From contig CBDFIJ010000004.1 of the NCBI GenBank assembly GCA_965248055.1, positions 832,001 to 896,000 on the forward strand: a stretch of DNA of 64,000 nt, given 5' to 3'. A program made the position numbers and the translations under genes. The notes below the pieces were generated by a model that made no database searches, was not told the DNA's origin, and worked only from the letters and a program-made list of their open reading frames with translations. Below, one piece after another: positions 29,698 through 38,129 of this stretch. Origin of the DNA: Candidatus Multivoradales bacterium (GTDB taxonomy: Bacteria; Acidobacteriota; Thermoanaerobaculia; Multivoradales; JAHEKO01). Within the stretch, counting starts at the first letter, position 1, and each line of letters starts with the position of its first letter.

Positions 29698-30564
29698 TCA
29701 CTCTTCCGCTTCGCGTTGCTGATGCTCCTTGAGCGACATACCCTCCGCGTCCTTCCATTCGGTACGGCCATTCGCGTTACGTCCAAGGACCATGCAAGCC
29801 GCCAATGATGGCGAGGAGAATTCATGATCAGCGGTGAAGCGCAACGTATCACCCTCCAGCACCATCACGCGGTCTTCTATCAACCGCTCGCGGACGTTAT
29901 AGAGCCCCGGTGAATGTTCCTTGAAGGATGGCACGGTTGTTGGTCGTGCCTTGCTACCCGCGAAGACGACGAAGCCTGAGGCGGTCTCGGCTCCCTTACC
30001 ATCCCATTGTTTTCCCTTGAGAAAGTAGGAGCGCTTACCGGGTATGGTCTCTCCAGAACGTTCAAATGCGTTGACACCTAGCACCGGTAGCAGCGGGAGC
30101 ATCTCAGCCAAGTAGCCTTCGACCTGAGCTTCGTCCGGTTCCGAGAGTCCTGGCCTTTGCGGCCTATTGGCATTATCCAATCGGCAACGTTTGGCCTCCG
30201 TCGCCAACTCCACCAGCCGAGCTTCCAGGTATTGCACCTCCGCCTTGTTCAGCGGATCCCCCTTGGTAGTGAAGGCGACTGCAAGTTGCCAGAAGTCTTT
30301 GTTGGCGTGGTGGCTATCGAGTCGGGTGCGTAGAGTCTCAGCTTCGCCGACGTAGATAGTGGGTCGTTGCTCATCGCCCTCGTGCCCCATGAGGATGTAG
30401 ACGCCACTGTTCTGGAACTCAGGTCGCTTCTTCACCTCAGGATAGCGGCCCCGGGGGCAAACAATCCCCTGCCCCACCCAATTTGATTTCTCGACGAACC
30501 GTAACCCGTCGGGGATGCCCTCGGCGACAAAGATGCGGATGTTAAAGGGTCGAGGGTTGCTCAT
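29698..30564 (-). CDS. GIY-YIG nuclease family protein with C-terminal DUF4357
   Basis: SGVYIL..IYVGEAE..RL..H..KDFW..YLE; FSSPSLAA..VLGRNANGRTEWK. Confidence 0.88.
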   Translation of the reverse strand: MSNPRPFNIRIFVAEGIPDGLRFVEKSNWVGQGIVCPRGRYPEVKKRPEFQNSGVYILMGHEGDEQRPTIYVGEAETLRTRLDSHHANKDFWQLAVAFTTKGDPLNKAEVQYLEARLVELATEAKRCRLDNANRPQRPGLSEPDEAQVEGYLAEMLPLLPVLGVNAFERSGETIPGKRSYFLKGKQWDGKGAETASGFVVFAGSKARPTTVPSFKEHSPGLYNVRERLIEDRVMVLEGDTLRFTADHEFSSPSLAACMVLGRNANGRTEWKDAEGMSLKEHQQREAEE

Positions 30565-30846
30565 GGGTTACTCCCGAACGAAGTGCCGTTGTCAAGAGCG
30601 GGTATCTTCTCAAGCGTCTATTGCGAGCCGACGAGACCCTCTGCGAGCGCCTGTTCACAGTCCATTTCGGGTCGTTTGGATTCTATACCGTAAACTGGCG
30701 ATGGCGCTGATGACAGCACCTCCGTGACTTGGAGCTCTGCGGAGTAGTAAGGTTCATCACGTTGTGAAACATCGCTCCGTCATTGTCTGCAGGGGGATAT
30801 GGCCACTTGTCGCCTGGATCCGCGGGTACTGAACAAGGCGAGCCTA

Positions 30847-30987
30847 TTGCCTTCCACGCTAACTTGGCTTGACTACTCCGAACGCGATCGACGTCGCGCG
30901 CTAGACGTTATTGATCTGTTCCGCGAGAGTGGCACGGTCGACGAACAACTTCGACTTGACCACGGGCTTTGGAAATCCACGCCGTAA
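30847..30987 (+). pseudogene. N-terminal remnant of a DUF6361-like gene
   Basis: PSTLTWLDYSERDRRRALDVIDLFRESGTVDE resembles the DUF6361 N-terminus; similarity ends abruptly after about 33 codons. Confidence 0.65.
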
Positions 30988-31011
30988 AGTTCGATGCAGG
31001 CCCGTCACTGG

Positions 31012-31812
31012 TCATTCTTGTGCCAGTGGTTCTTCATAGAGCGCCTGGGCGACATAGTTGATCAGCGAAATAGCTTTGAGACTGTTCGTCCTGGTGTCAT
31101 AGTCTAGTGATCGGCCGTGCAATACAAGGTGCCGATTCAAAGAGCCGCACTCATCACTAGAATCGTGCACGGACCTGTTGATAGGTAAGACTTCACAAAA
31201 CGGACTGAGGATTGCTGTGCGCATTGTTCCTACAACTTCCTTGTTCACATATTCGGCTGTCTTGAGCTTTCCGTTCTCTTTGCTGAAAATCGACAAACCC
31301 GTGACATCTATGCAAATCCCCTCGGTTTGTATGAGTAGGACGGGTATTGAGAGTGCGAACTCAGCCATCCTGTGCGCTTTGAACGCCGCCGTGATGAAGC
31401 GAGACCTGGAGCGAAAATCCACGGACAATGACTGTTCAATCGCTTCGGACTGTTTTTCAAAGTACTCGCTCAGGACCATCTCTGCGGTAGGCGCGTCGCC
31501 CTGGGTTAACTCAGCCGCGACTCTAAACAAGGCATTCATAGGCATTTGGTGGTCCAAGTACCACCCATGCTCACCTAGTACAAGAAGTGCATCCCTAACC
31601 TGTGGCGGGAGCTCCTGCTGCCAGCTGGCCGCCAAACACGCGATTTGATCGCTAACGGATTGAAGTTTCTGACGGCTGGGCTCGACGGATCGCCCGATAG
31701 CTCGCAGTTGTGTTTGCACGCTTGCAGCAATCGTCTGCATTTCGCGCGAGTGCTTCTCTAGACAGCTCTTGATCGCTTCAGCTACGAGCTGAGTATCTCT
31801 GGTGCTGGTCAT
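31012..31812 (-). CDS. Hypothetical protein with C-terminal RHxxxHG motif (HEPN-like)
   Basis: Long ORF; EHGWY, LSIPVLLIQTEG and LNRHLVLHG. Start uncertain. Confidence 0.6.
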   Translation of the reverse strand: MTSTRDTQLVAEAIKSCLEKHSREMQTIAASVQTQLRAIGRSVEPSRQKLQSVSDQIACLAASWQQELPPQVRDALLVLGEHGWYLDHQMPMNALFRVAAELTQGDAPTAEMVLSEYFEKQSEAIEQSLSVDFRSRSRFITAAFKAHRMAEFALSIPVLLIQTEGICIDVTGLSIFSKENGKLKTAEYVNKEVVGTMRTAILSPFCEVLPINRSVHDSSDECGSLNRHLVLHGRSLDYDTRTNSLKAISLINYVAQALYEEPLAQE

Positions 31813-31900
31813 AATGACTGCCCCAAAACCTACCACGAAGGTCGACAATTCCGATTTACGGCGCATTCCCTGCGTAAGCGCGAGCCGGAAGCCAACTCGA

Positions 31901-32146
31901 TCAAAAGCCACCCCAACTTGAGGTCACAGTCTGTGATCTCAAGTCATTGAATTCTTGCTTGCTCAGCTGGAACATGAAGTCGTTTGGAAAACGTTCCTTG
32001 TTCCGGTTGACGGCCTGCACCAGCAGCCTGGTCTCAACGCCATAGAGCACCGCTAAGTCGGCATCCAGCATCACCTTCACCCGGCGAAAGAGGATGATCG
32101 CGCGAGTGATTTGCTCCGTCGAAACTAGGCTGACGCTCTCAGCCAT
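31901..32146 (-). pseudogene. Truncated ORF6N (KilA-N-like) DNA-binding protein
   Basis: KVMLDADLAVLYGVET..QAVNRNKERFPNDFMFQL..SSWGG then stop; the usual PYAFTEQG segment is absent. Confidence 0.75.
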
Positions 32147-32172
32147 CAAACCCAACCCCCATGGGTTGTTGG

Positions 32173-33024
32173 CTACAACTCGACATCCAACACAACTTCC
32201 TCCGTCTCCCCACCTGCCTCGATTTCAAACCGGTTGATGCCTTTGGTGAAGTGTTCGCCGATTTCTTTCAAATTAACGACAGCTCTGGAGGTTAGGCAGT
32301 CGCCTTCTTCAGTGACCGCACCTAGGGCAACATCGATCGTGGGGATCTTCTTTTCGTTGATGGTGACCACGGACGCGCTTTCGAGAGCGTCGCCGTCGCA
32401 CAGGGTCATCTGGATTGGCAGATCTGGGGACTTACCTTCTTCGTCCATCTCGTCGTAGAGGGGTTCGAGGTCGAGGCTTGTCCCAAAGCCGCCAAGTCGG
32501 ACTTTGACCGGTGATTGGGAATCGTCGCCAATTGCGAACTCGGTATCTGCCTGGATAACGCCGTCAAATACGGTTCCCGTTTCGAGCACGGCTTGTTTGC
32601 CCTTGATGAAGATCAGCGGCCAGGCGACCAATGCGAATAGGGTGACCGACAGGGCTTTGCGCCCCTTGCCTGACTTGTCGTAGCCACCGTCCAGAAGGAT
32701 CTCCGCGCCGTCGATAGTCCGGGTGGATACGGCTTCGAGCTCCAACTTCCCTTTGCGACCGGCGATCTTGGAGGGCTGGGCCACGGAGACCTTGAGCAGC
32801 ATAGGCTCGCCCGCCTTGATCACGGTCTTGCCATCGACCACGACATTCCTCCAGACCCGGGCGCGGACGATGTCGCCAACCGTAGTTTCTTTCTTCTTCG
32901 AAGAGACGGTTTCATCCAGCTCTCCGTAGATTGAGGTCCCGGACGGAATAGTCATCGTTTGTCCTACCAACATCTGTGCGGGCAAAAGCAGAAGGGCCAG
33001 AACCAATGCGATTGTTTGCTTCAT
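32173..33024 (-). CDS. Secreted/membrane hypothetical protein
   Basis: RBS GGAGG before MKQTIAL signal peptide; TIPSGT..LDETVSSK..GRKGKLEL plus a hydrophobic segment. Confidence 0.75.
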   Translation of the reverse strand: MKQTIALVLALLLLPAQMLVGQTMTIPSGTSIYGELDETVSSKKKETTVGDIVRARVWRNVVVDGKTVIKAGEPMLLKVSVAQPSKIAGRKGKLELEAVSTRTIDGAEILLDGGYDKSGKGRKALSVTLFALVAWPLIFIKGKQAVLETGTVFDGVIQADTEFAIGDDSQSPVKVRLGGFGTSLDLEPLYDEMDEEGKSPDLPIQMTLCDGDALESASVVTINEKKIPTIDVALGAVTEEGDCLTSRAVVNLKEIGEHFTKGINRFEIEAGGETEEVVLDVEL

Positions 33025-33208
33025 ACGTTTTCCTCCCTCTGAAATGTAAACTTCACAAACGACAACACGCGATGCTTGGCCGTGGCCCAGCTGTGCGAGC
33101 AAATCGGATCGGACGATTGTATACCGATAGACAGGTGGGTTTCGGCCTCGCCGTTTCTGGTTCACCGTTCGCTTGCGGGACGCAAGTGCATCGGGTTATC
33201 CTACCGGA

Positions 33209-33237
33209 GTCATACCATGGTCATACTCTAGTCACAT
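33209..33237 (+). promoter_or_regulatory. Putative RHH operator: GTCATAC/GTCATAC/GTCACAT at 11-bp period
   Basis: Direct repeats at 33209, 33220, 33231 just upstream of the antitoxin ATG. Confidence 0.55.
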
Positions 33238-33251
33238 CCGAGCAAACCACC

Positions 33252-33581
33252 ATGCCCAAGACCGCAAAAATCTCAATCAGCCTACCCGACGATGTTCTGA
33301 GCCGCGCAGATCGCAACCGAAGTGAGCGTGGGGAGAGTCGAAGCGAGTTTTTCCGCCGGGCCCTGGAGGCACTGTTTCGCGAAGAGGAGCGACGGGCGGC
33401 GGTGGATCGCTATGTCGCTGGCTATGTTGCTGAGTCCGAGAGTGAGTACGAAATCGACACCGCCAACGCAGCCGCGGCTGAAGCTTGGGGGGCGCAGGAG
33501 TGGGATGAGGGTAATGACGGCCAGGATGCTCCGGAGTCGACGGAGACCGAGCCAAGTAACGCTCGGGAGACTCAGGGTTGA
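33252..33581 (+). CDS. Ribbon-helix-helix (CopG/MazE-like) antitoxin
   Basis: AKISISLPDDVL..SRSEFFRRAL; acidic C-terminus; TTGA overlap with the toxin. Confidence 0.85.
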   Translation: MPKTAKISISLPDDVLSRADRNRSERGESRSEFFRRALEALFREEERRAAVDRYVAGYVAESESEYEIDTANAAAAEAWGAQEWDEGNDGQDAPESTETEPSNARETQG

Positions 33582-33892
33582 GACGGGGCGAGATTTGGTG
33601 GGCAGAGCTTCCTGCACCCGCTGGCCGCCGCCCGGTGCTGTTGCTGTCGCGGGATGAGGCCTACGCGGTGCGCAGCCTGGTGACGGTCGCGCCGATCACG
33701 ACTCGCATTCGAAATATTCCTGTCGAGGTAGAGCTCGGGCCGGGCGACGGCCTGCCGAAGCGGTGCGTTGCCAATCTGGATTCGATCGTGACGATTCCCC
33801 AAGCGCGGCTCAGGCACCGAATCGGCCCCATCTCCAGGGAGAAGAGTCAGGCCGTTGAAAGTTCGATTCGGTTCGCGTTGGGGATGGATTAA
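33578..33892 (+). CDS. mazF: PemK/MazF family endoribonuclease toxin
   Basis: MRRGEIWWAEL..RRPVLLLS..VAPITT..ANLDSI. Confidence 0.92.
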   Translation: MRRGEIWWAELPAPAGRRPVLLLSRDEAYAVRSLVTVAPITTRIRNIPVEVELGPGDGLPKRCVANLDSIVTIPQARLRHRIGPISREKSQAVESSIRFALGMD

Positions 33893-33911
33893 AAGGCGGT
33901 GGTCCTAGGAA

Positions 33912-34508
33912 TCAACTTCCCTGCTCGGCGGACAGAGCTGCCTCAAGGTCTTTTGTACTCGCCACCCATCCCCTATTCGAAGGTCGCCACATCCAGAACG
34001 GCTGTCCCACTCGCATGACGACAGAGCCAGCCATAAAGTCGTGGATGGCGCGGCGTTTGTCGTTCGTCAGCATGGTGCCGATCTCCAACCAACTCCAAAC
34101 AATCAGTCCTGTGAAAACCGCGGAAGGATCCAAGGCAGTAAAAGAGAGCGCGATCCATAACAATGGCACTAGCCCGTCACGGACAAAGGCGCGAGATAGA
34201 CCGAGGGTGCTGTGGTCAGTGTTCTTGACCACCCTGACACCCATCAACCACTTGCCAATAGTGCCAGAGAAGAGGCCGTGACCGATCACAGGATAAGCAA
34301 GAATCAGAAGGAATAGACCATCCGAGATCCAACCCAAGGTTGGCGACTCCTCGATAAATACTTTCCGGAGTACGAATCCGACTGGCATCAAAGCTATTTC
34401 AATCACCAGAATGTCTAGCCAGTGTGCGAGGAATCGGGGCAACGCTGTTGCGTAGACGGTGTCGCGGATGCGGTCGTCTTCGGTTGGGTGGTAGATCTTG
34501 GTGCTCAT
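33912..34508 (-). CDS. RDD family membrane protein
   Basis: RFLAHWLD, TIGKWLMGVRVV, RRAIHDFMAGS. Confidence 0.88.
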   Translation of the reverse strand: MSTKIYHPTEDDRIRDTVYATALPRFLAHWLDILVIEIALMPVGFVLRKVFIEESPTLGWISDGLFLLILAYPVIGHGLFSGTIGKWLMGVRVVKNTDHSTLGLSRAFVRDGLVPLLWIALSFTALDPSAVFTGLIVWSWLEIGTMLTNDKRRAIHDFMAGSVVMRVGQPFWMWRPSNRGWVASTKDLEAALSAEQGS

Positions 34509-34570
34509 ATTTGGCCTCTGGGTTCCATCCGTTGGTTCAAGGTGAGAAAAAGGATGTCAGACCTAACAAG

Positions 34571-34616
34571 CGTTGAGATCCTTCGACTTCGGGCTGTGCC
34601 CTCCGCTCAGGATGAC
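34571..34616 (-). repeat. REP-like element, family B
   Basis: CGTTGAGATCCTTCG...CGCTCAGGATGAC, inverted relative to 16167-16219. Confidence 0.75.
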
Positions 34617-34692
34617 AAAGAAGCGTTGTGGGGGATGTCGTTTCAAGCGTCACTGAGAAGGCTGTTTCCGGGAAGCGAGAACCAAACTGGGC

Positions 34693-34818
34693 AGCTCCCG
34701 GCTCCCCGCCCTCGCCCCGCCGGGATGACGAGTGATGGAAGTCGACCCGCCAGGATGACGAGTGGTGGAAGTCGACCCGCCAGGATGACGAGTGGTGAGG
34801 GTCGACCCGCGGGATGAT
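34693..34818 (-). repeat. Family A element followed by a 30-bp tandem repeat (about 3.3 copies) of its end
   Basis: CCGCC[G/A]GGATGACGAGTG[A/G]TG[G/A][A/G][A/G]GTCGAC at 34717, 34747, 34777, partial at 34807. Confidence 0.85.
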
Positions 34819-34890
34819 CCCAGGCCACGCATTCGGGAGCAGGCAACGGGAAGGTCCCCACCCTCTGAGGTCACGACCCGCAGGGCAGGC

Positions 34891-35223
34891 TCAGCGTCCC
34901 TCAATCGCCCGCGCAAACTGAAAATCCAATTCCGTGAGCTTCCCCCCAACACTGTGGGTGGAAAGCGTCAACGTGACCTTGCGGTAACGAATGTCGATAT
35001 CCGGGTGGTGGTCGATGGATTCGGCGATTTCACCAGCGAATTGAACAAAGGCGAGGGCGGCGCGAAAGGAGGGGAAAGTGAAGGTCCGTTGGATGGCACT
35101 GCGACGATCTTTGCCGGTCCAGCCCGCAATGGTGGCGAGTTCAGCGGTGATTTCCGTCGGTTTTAGCGCTGGATTGGACGTGGTGACGCGATCAGTTTTG
35201 GCGGTTGGTCTTTTCTTGGCCAT
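34891..35223 (-). CDS. Pterin-4-alpha-carbinolamine dehydratase
   Basis: IQRTFTF..AESIDHHPDI..LSTHSVGG.LTELD. Confidence 0.9.
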   Translation of the reverse strand: MAKKRPTAKTDRVTTSNPALKPTEITAELATIAGWTGKDRRSAIQRTFTFPSFRAALAFVQFAGEIAESIDHHPDIDIRYRKVTLTLSTHSVGGKLTELDFQFARAIEGR

Positions 35224-35494
35224 GAGAATCCCCCTGAATCACTGCGACTGAAGCAATGCGGCGCTCTTCTCTTTGCCGCAACCTCTTAAATAACTATGTG
35301 ATGCTAGCAGATACTGTGCTCTGTTCTGAATCTAGTGTCGCGCAAGCAGTTCCTGCGACCTGGAGCAGGCTGCATATGTCGCTGACTCGGCGGTCTTGAT
35401 TTCTAGAACAGTCGAGCAACCCTTCTGGTTCTGAGGTGACGAGCAGAGCATCTATCCCCTCTCTTCACCTCTGGAGCGGGACAACCAGCGCTGG

Positions 35495-36508
35495 CTACGG
35501 GGCTCTTTGGCGCAGGTTCAGCAGGACCTGCTGTGCTTGTTTATCTTCAGGGTGCTTCTCGATCCAACGTTCGAGAATTGCAAGACCATCTTCTGTCTGC
35601 CCCACATCAAAGAGCGCTTCAGCCAGGCTCTCGTTGGGCACGTACTTGTCAGCAAACAATTCGGCATTGCGGTGAAACAGTGCCAGTGCATCTTGTTGGC
35701 GGTCTTTGCGAAAGAACGCCCAGCCGATGTTGTCGAGTACGGTCCAATGGATGGTGCCTTCGGGCTCGCTGGAGCGAGCGTTTTCAAGCATTTCGAGCGT
35801 CGTTTCGACGCCATGGTCTGACAACTCCTGCTCTAGTTTGAGCATCAAGGTTTTGCGCCGAATGTCGAGGTCTTCCGGGTGAAACTCTTGGTTCGCCTGC
35901 GACAGGGCCACTGCATCCTGGTATTTACCCCGCGAAGCCAGTTCCAGGGCATATCGAAATAGCGTCGATGGCCGAAAGTCGTAGGCGTCGGAGCCGTAGT
36001 AACGCTCGCGAGTATCGCGATGCACTGTGATCGCCGCATCGATTCCATCTGCACGATAGGCCTCGTCCATCAGGTCGGTAAGAGAACGCGGGTCGGTACG
36101 ACCTTTGTGGCAGGTGTAGCAGGTGACTTCTAGCTCTGGAGCAACACGCCCTTCAAGCGTAGCCAGACGCTGATTGATCTCGGCGGTCATGGCGATCATC
36201 TCTCGAGCTTTGCGCTTCTCCACTTTCTCGTCGGAGGCGAAATCCCAGGCATCACGGGGCCCGTCCATCGAACCGACATGGCAAAAGAGACAGCCTTTGC
36301 CTCCACGGCGAGGCAGACCCAGACCGCGCAGGTTGTTGATCATGACCTGGCCCAAATCGTCATTGCTGATGTCGGTGGGGAGCACTTGAAGGTTGGTGTA
36401 CACGCGGTCCTGAGCAGTGGCGAAATCGGTGTTGAGGGCCCATAGTGGGACCAGCAGGAGCAGCAGTCGCGGAACAGAGGCCGAAGATTTGGCAATCGAG
36501 GTAGTCAT
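35495..36508 (-). CDS. Di-heme c-type cytochrome (reaction-centre cytochrome c-like) with C-terminal TPR
   Basis: YTNLQVLP, CLFCH, FASDEK..AREMI.M..EIN, VTCYTCHKG; signal peptide from ATG 36508. Confidence 0.85.
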   Translation of the reverse strand: MTTSIAKSSASVPRLLLLLVPLWALNTDFATAQDRVYTNLQVLPTDISNDDLGQVMINNLRGLGLPRRGGKGCLFCHVGSMDGPRDAWDFASDEKVEKRKAREMIAMTAEINQRLATLEGRVAPELEVTCYTCHKGRTDPRSLTDLMDEAYRADGIDAAITVHRDTRERYYGSDAYDFRPSTLFRYALELASRGKYQDAVALSQANQEFHPEDLDIRRKTLMLKLEQELSDHGVETTLEMLENARSSEPEGTIHWTVLDNIGWAFFRKDRQQDALALFHRNAELFADKYVPNESLAEALFDVGQTEDGLAILERWIEKHPEDKQAQQVLLNLRQRAP

Positions 36509-36561
36509 GACCGTTGTACGGGTTGTTGGGGAATCGGGTTCTGGCGCGGTGAGGATCTGGT

Positions 36562-36630
36562 CTTGGTGATTCTGGGTGGAGATCCCGACCCCAGCCCCAG
36601 TGTCATTGAAGAGTTCCGCGCCGGGATGAC
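36562..36630 (-). repeat. Extended family A element (about 70 bp), direct repeat of 37761-37830
   Basis: CTTGGTGATTCTG..GGAGATCC..CCCAGTG.CATTGAAGAGT..CGCC.GGATGAC shared by both copies. Confidence 0.8.
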
Positions 36631-37003
36631 TATCCAACCGCGGGCTGGGGGTCTTGGGGGCGAAAATCTGTTGGACGAACGGGGGCCGGTCCTTGGTGGC
36701 TATGCATTGGAGATCCCAGGCCGCCGCCCTCTCCACCGCTGGGATGACGCCATCAGGAATAACTTGTTTGAAAAATGGTCCTCCCTCTCCTCCCACCCTC
36801 CGCGGAAGGGCGAAGGGTGGGAGGCCTCGTCGTGTGATGACGAGGGAGGATAAGGGTGGTTTTGGTGGCGAGGAGACCCTGGCTCCTCGAGCTGGATCAG
36901 GGTTCTCCGCCGCAAAGGCAGGAGGCCCGATACCGGCTCTCTTACTTTACACCCGCTGGCTTGGTTTGCCAGTGATTTTTGGTCTGCTCCTATGCTGGCG
37001 CTT

Positions 37004-37059
37004 TGACTGGCTGTCTGATTGGCTCTCTGATTGGCTCTCTGATTGGCTCTCTAGTTGGC
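37004..37059 (+). repeat. 12-bp tandem repeat TGATTGGCTCTC, about 4.6 copies
   Basis: Directly visible just downstream of the SnoaL gene. Confidence 0.85.
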
Positions 37060-37069
37060 AGTTAGCTTT

Positions 37070-37613
37070 CTAGCCTTCCGCTTTCTCAACGGCAGGGGGC
37101 ACCAGGGTGAAGCCGAGTTGCTGGTTGAGCTCAAGGTCGTCCCAGCAGACGATTTCTTCAACCGGCTTGCGATCTTGGTAGCGCATTATCGTTAGGCTGG
37201 AGACCTTGGCGCTCTTGCCGGTTGTAGGAAGATCGCCCAAGGGCCTGTCGTTGGTGCCGTTGAAGGTCCAGTGGTGAAACGAGACCCCGTCTGCGAAGTA
37301 GCTCTCATCGTTGGTGACCACGGCATCGGAGTAGGCAGCGCGTAGTCCGGTCATGACGGGTTTGAGTTCATCCATCCCGGTGGCGTCCCCCGCTTGGCCA
37401 CGAGCTGCGCGGCTGAAATTGGGCGAAAACAAGACGTCAAAGTAAGCGTCGACGGCTGGGCTGTACATGGCTGCGTAGTCGGGTGCGAGTTGTGCCGCCG
37501 GCTGGCAGCCCAGAGCTAGCAGGGCCAGGACTGCGGTGAGCACCATGGCTCCGCTGAGACCAGGGTTCGGGTGAGCCAGGGTTCGGGTGAGCCAGGGTTC
37601 GGGTTGGTTTCAT
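37070..37613 (-). pseudogene. SnoaL-like ester cyclase lipoprotein, frameshifted in its signal peptide by a 16-bp tandem repeat
   Basis: HWTFNGTN..PTTGK..EEIVCWDDL..QQLG; lipobox ALGC; strong RBS AAGGAGG precedes ATG 37613, which is 67 nt (out of frame) upstream of ORF 37070-37546. Confidence 0.7.
37560..37607 (+). repeat. 16-bp tandem repeat CCAGGGTTCGGGTGAG, 3 copies (third diverges at its end)
   Basis: Directly visible. Confidence 0.9.
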
Positions 37614-37760
37614 GCGTTAACCTCCTTGGGTATGTCAGGGCTATCCCAGCGCTGTTCGCTGCCCGCGCCCGGGTATTCGCGAAGGTCGGGGGACGAGCAC
37701 GAAAGCTGGATGTGACGATAGTCACACAGGTAGGAATTGGCGAATTGGAGTGGGGCGATC

Positions 37761-37830
37761 CTTGGTGATTCTGCGTTGGAGATCCAGACCCCCGCCCAGT
37801 GGCATTGAAGAGTGCCCCGCCAGGATGACG
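37761..37830 (-). repeat. Extended family A element
   Basis: See 36562-36630. Confidence 0.8.
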
Positions 37831-37998
37831 AGGTGGGGGTAGGCAAAGGGGGGCACCCACCGGGATGACCCGTTGCGGCATCCGCCGAGGTGGCTCGGTG
37901 GAGATCGGAGGTGGAAGTGTCGGGGATCGGTTCCGACGACGGATGTTGTAGCAGGGACAGAGGTTGCGGCTGGAGTAGCCTTCGAAACTGGGTCAAGG

Positions 37999-38045
37999 AC
38001 ACAACATATTGGGCTCTCAGCTTGACGCGACGCCACCCGTAGTAG
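37999..38045 (+). promoter_or_regulatory. NrdR box (ACACAACATATTGGGC), degenerate second box 31 bp downstream, and TTGACG -35-like hexamer
   Basis: Fits acaCwAtATaTwGtgt consensus upstream of an RNR gene; second box at 38030-38045 is weak. Confidence 0.7.
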
Positions 38046-38129
38046 AGGATCGGAAGTCCCTGAAACTTGCTCTGAAGCGACCGCTTGAGCCGGGGTAACC
38101 GTCTTGTTTGAGATCCATCGCGGAGTGTC

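Noticed and set aside
34717-34818. Possible mini-CRISPR array
   Set aside because: Units are contiguous and near-identical with no unique spacers; no cas genes in the window.
35495-36508. Evidence of phototrophy (pufC)
   Set aside because: Only two hemes, TPR fusion, and no puf/bch genes nearby.
36509-36796. N-terminal extension of the cytochrome ORF
   Set aside because: Runs through REP-like elements; the signal peptide begins at ATG 36508.
16047-37830. Integron cassette array with attC sites
   Set aside because: The repeats lack RYYYAAC/GTTRRRY boxes, occur in both orientations, and no integrase is present.
37840-38129. Cobalamin riboswitch upstream of nrdJ
   Set aside because: No recognisable B12-box or conserved core; an Rfam scan would be needed to exclude it fully.
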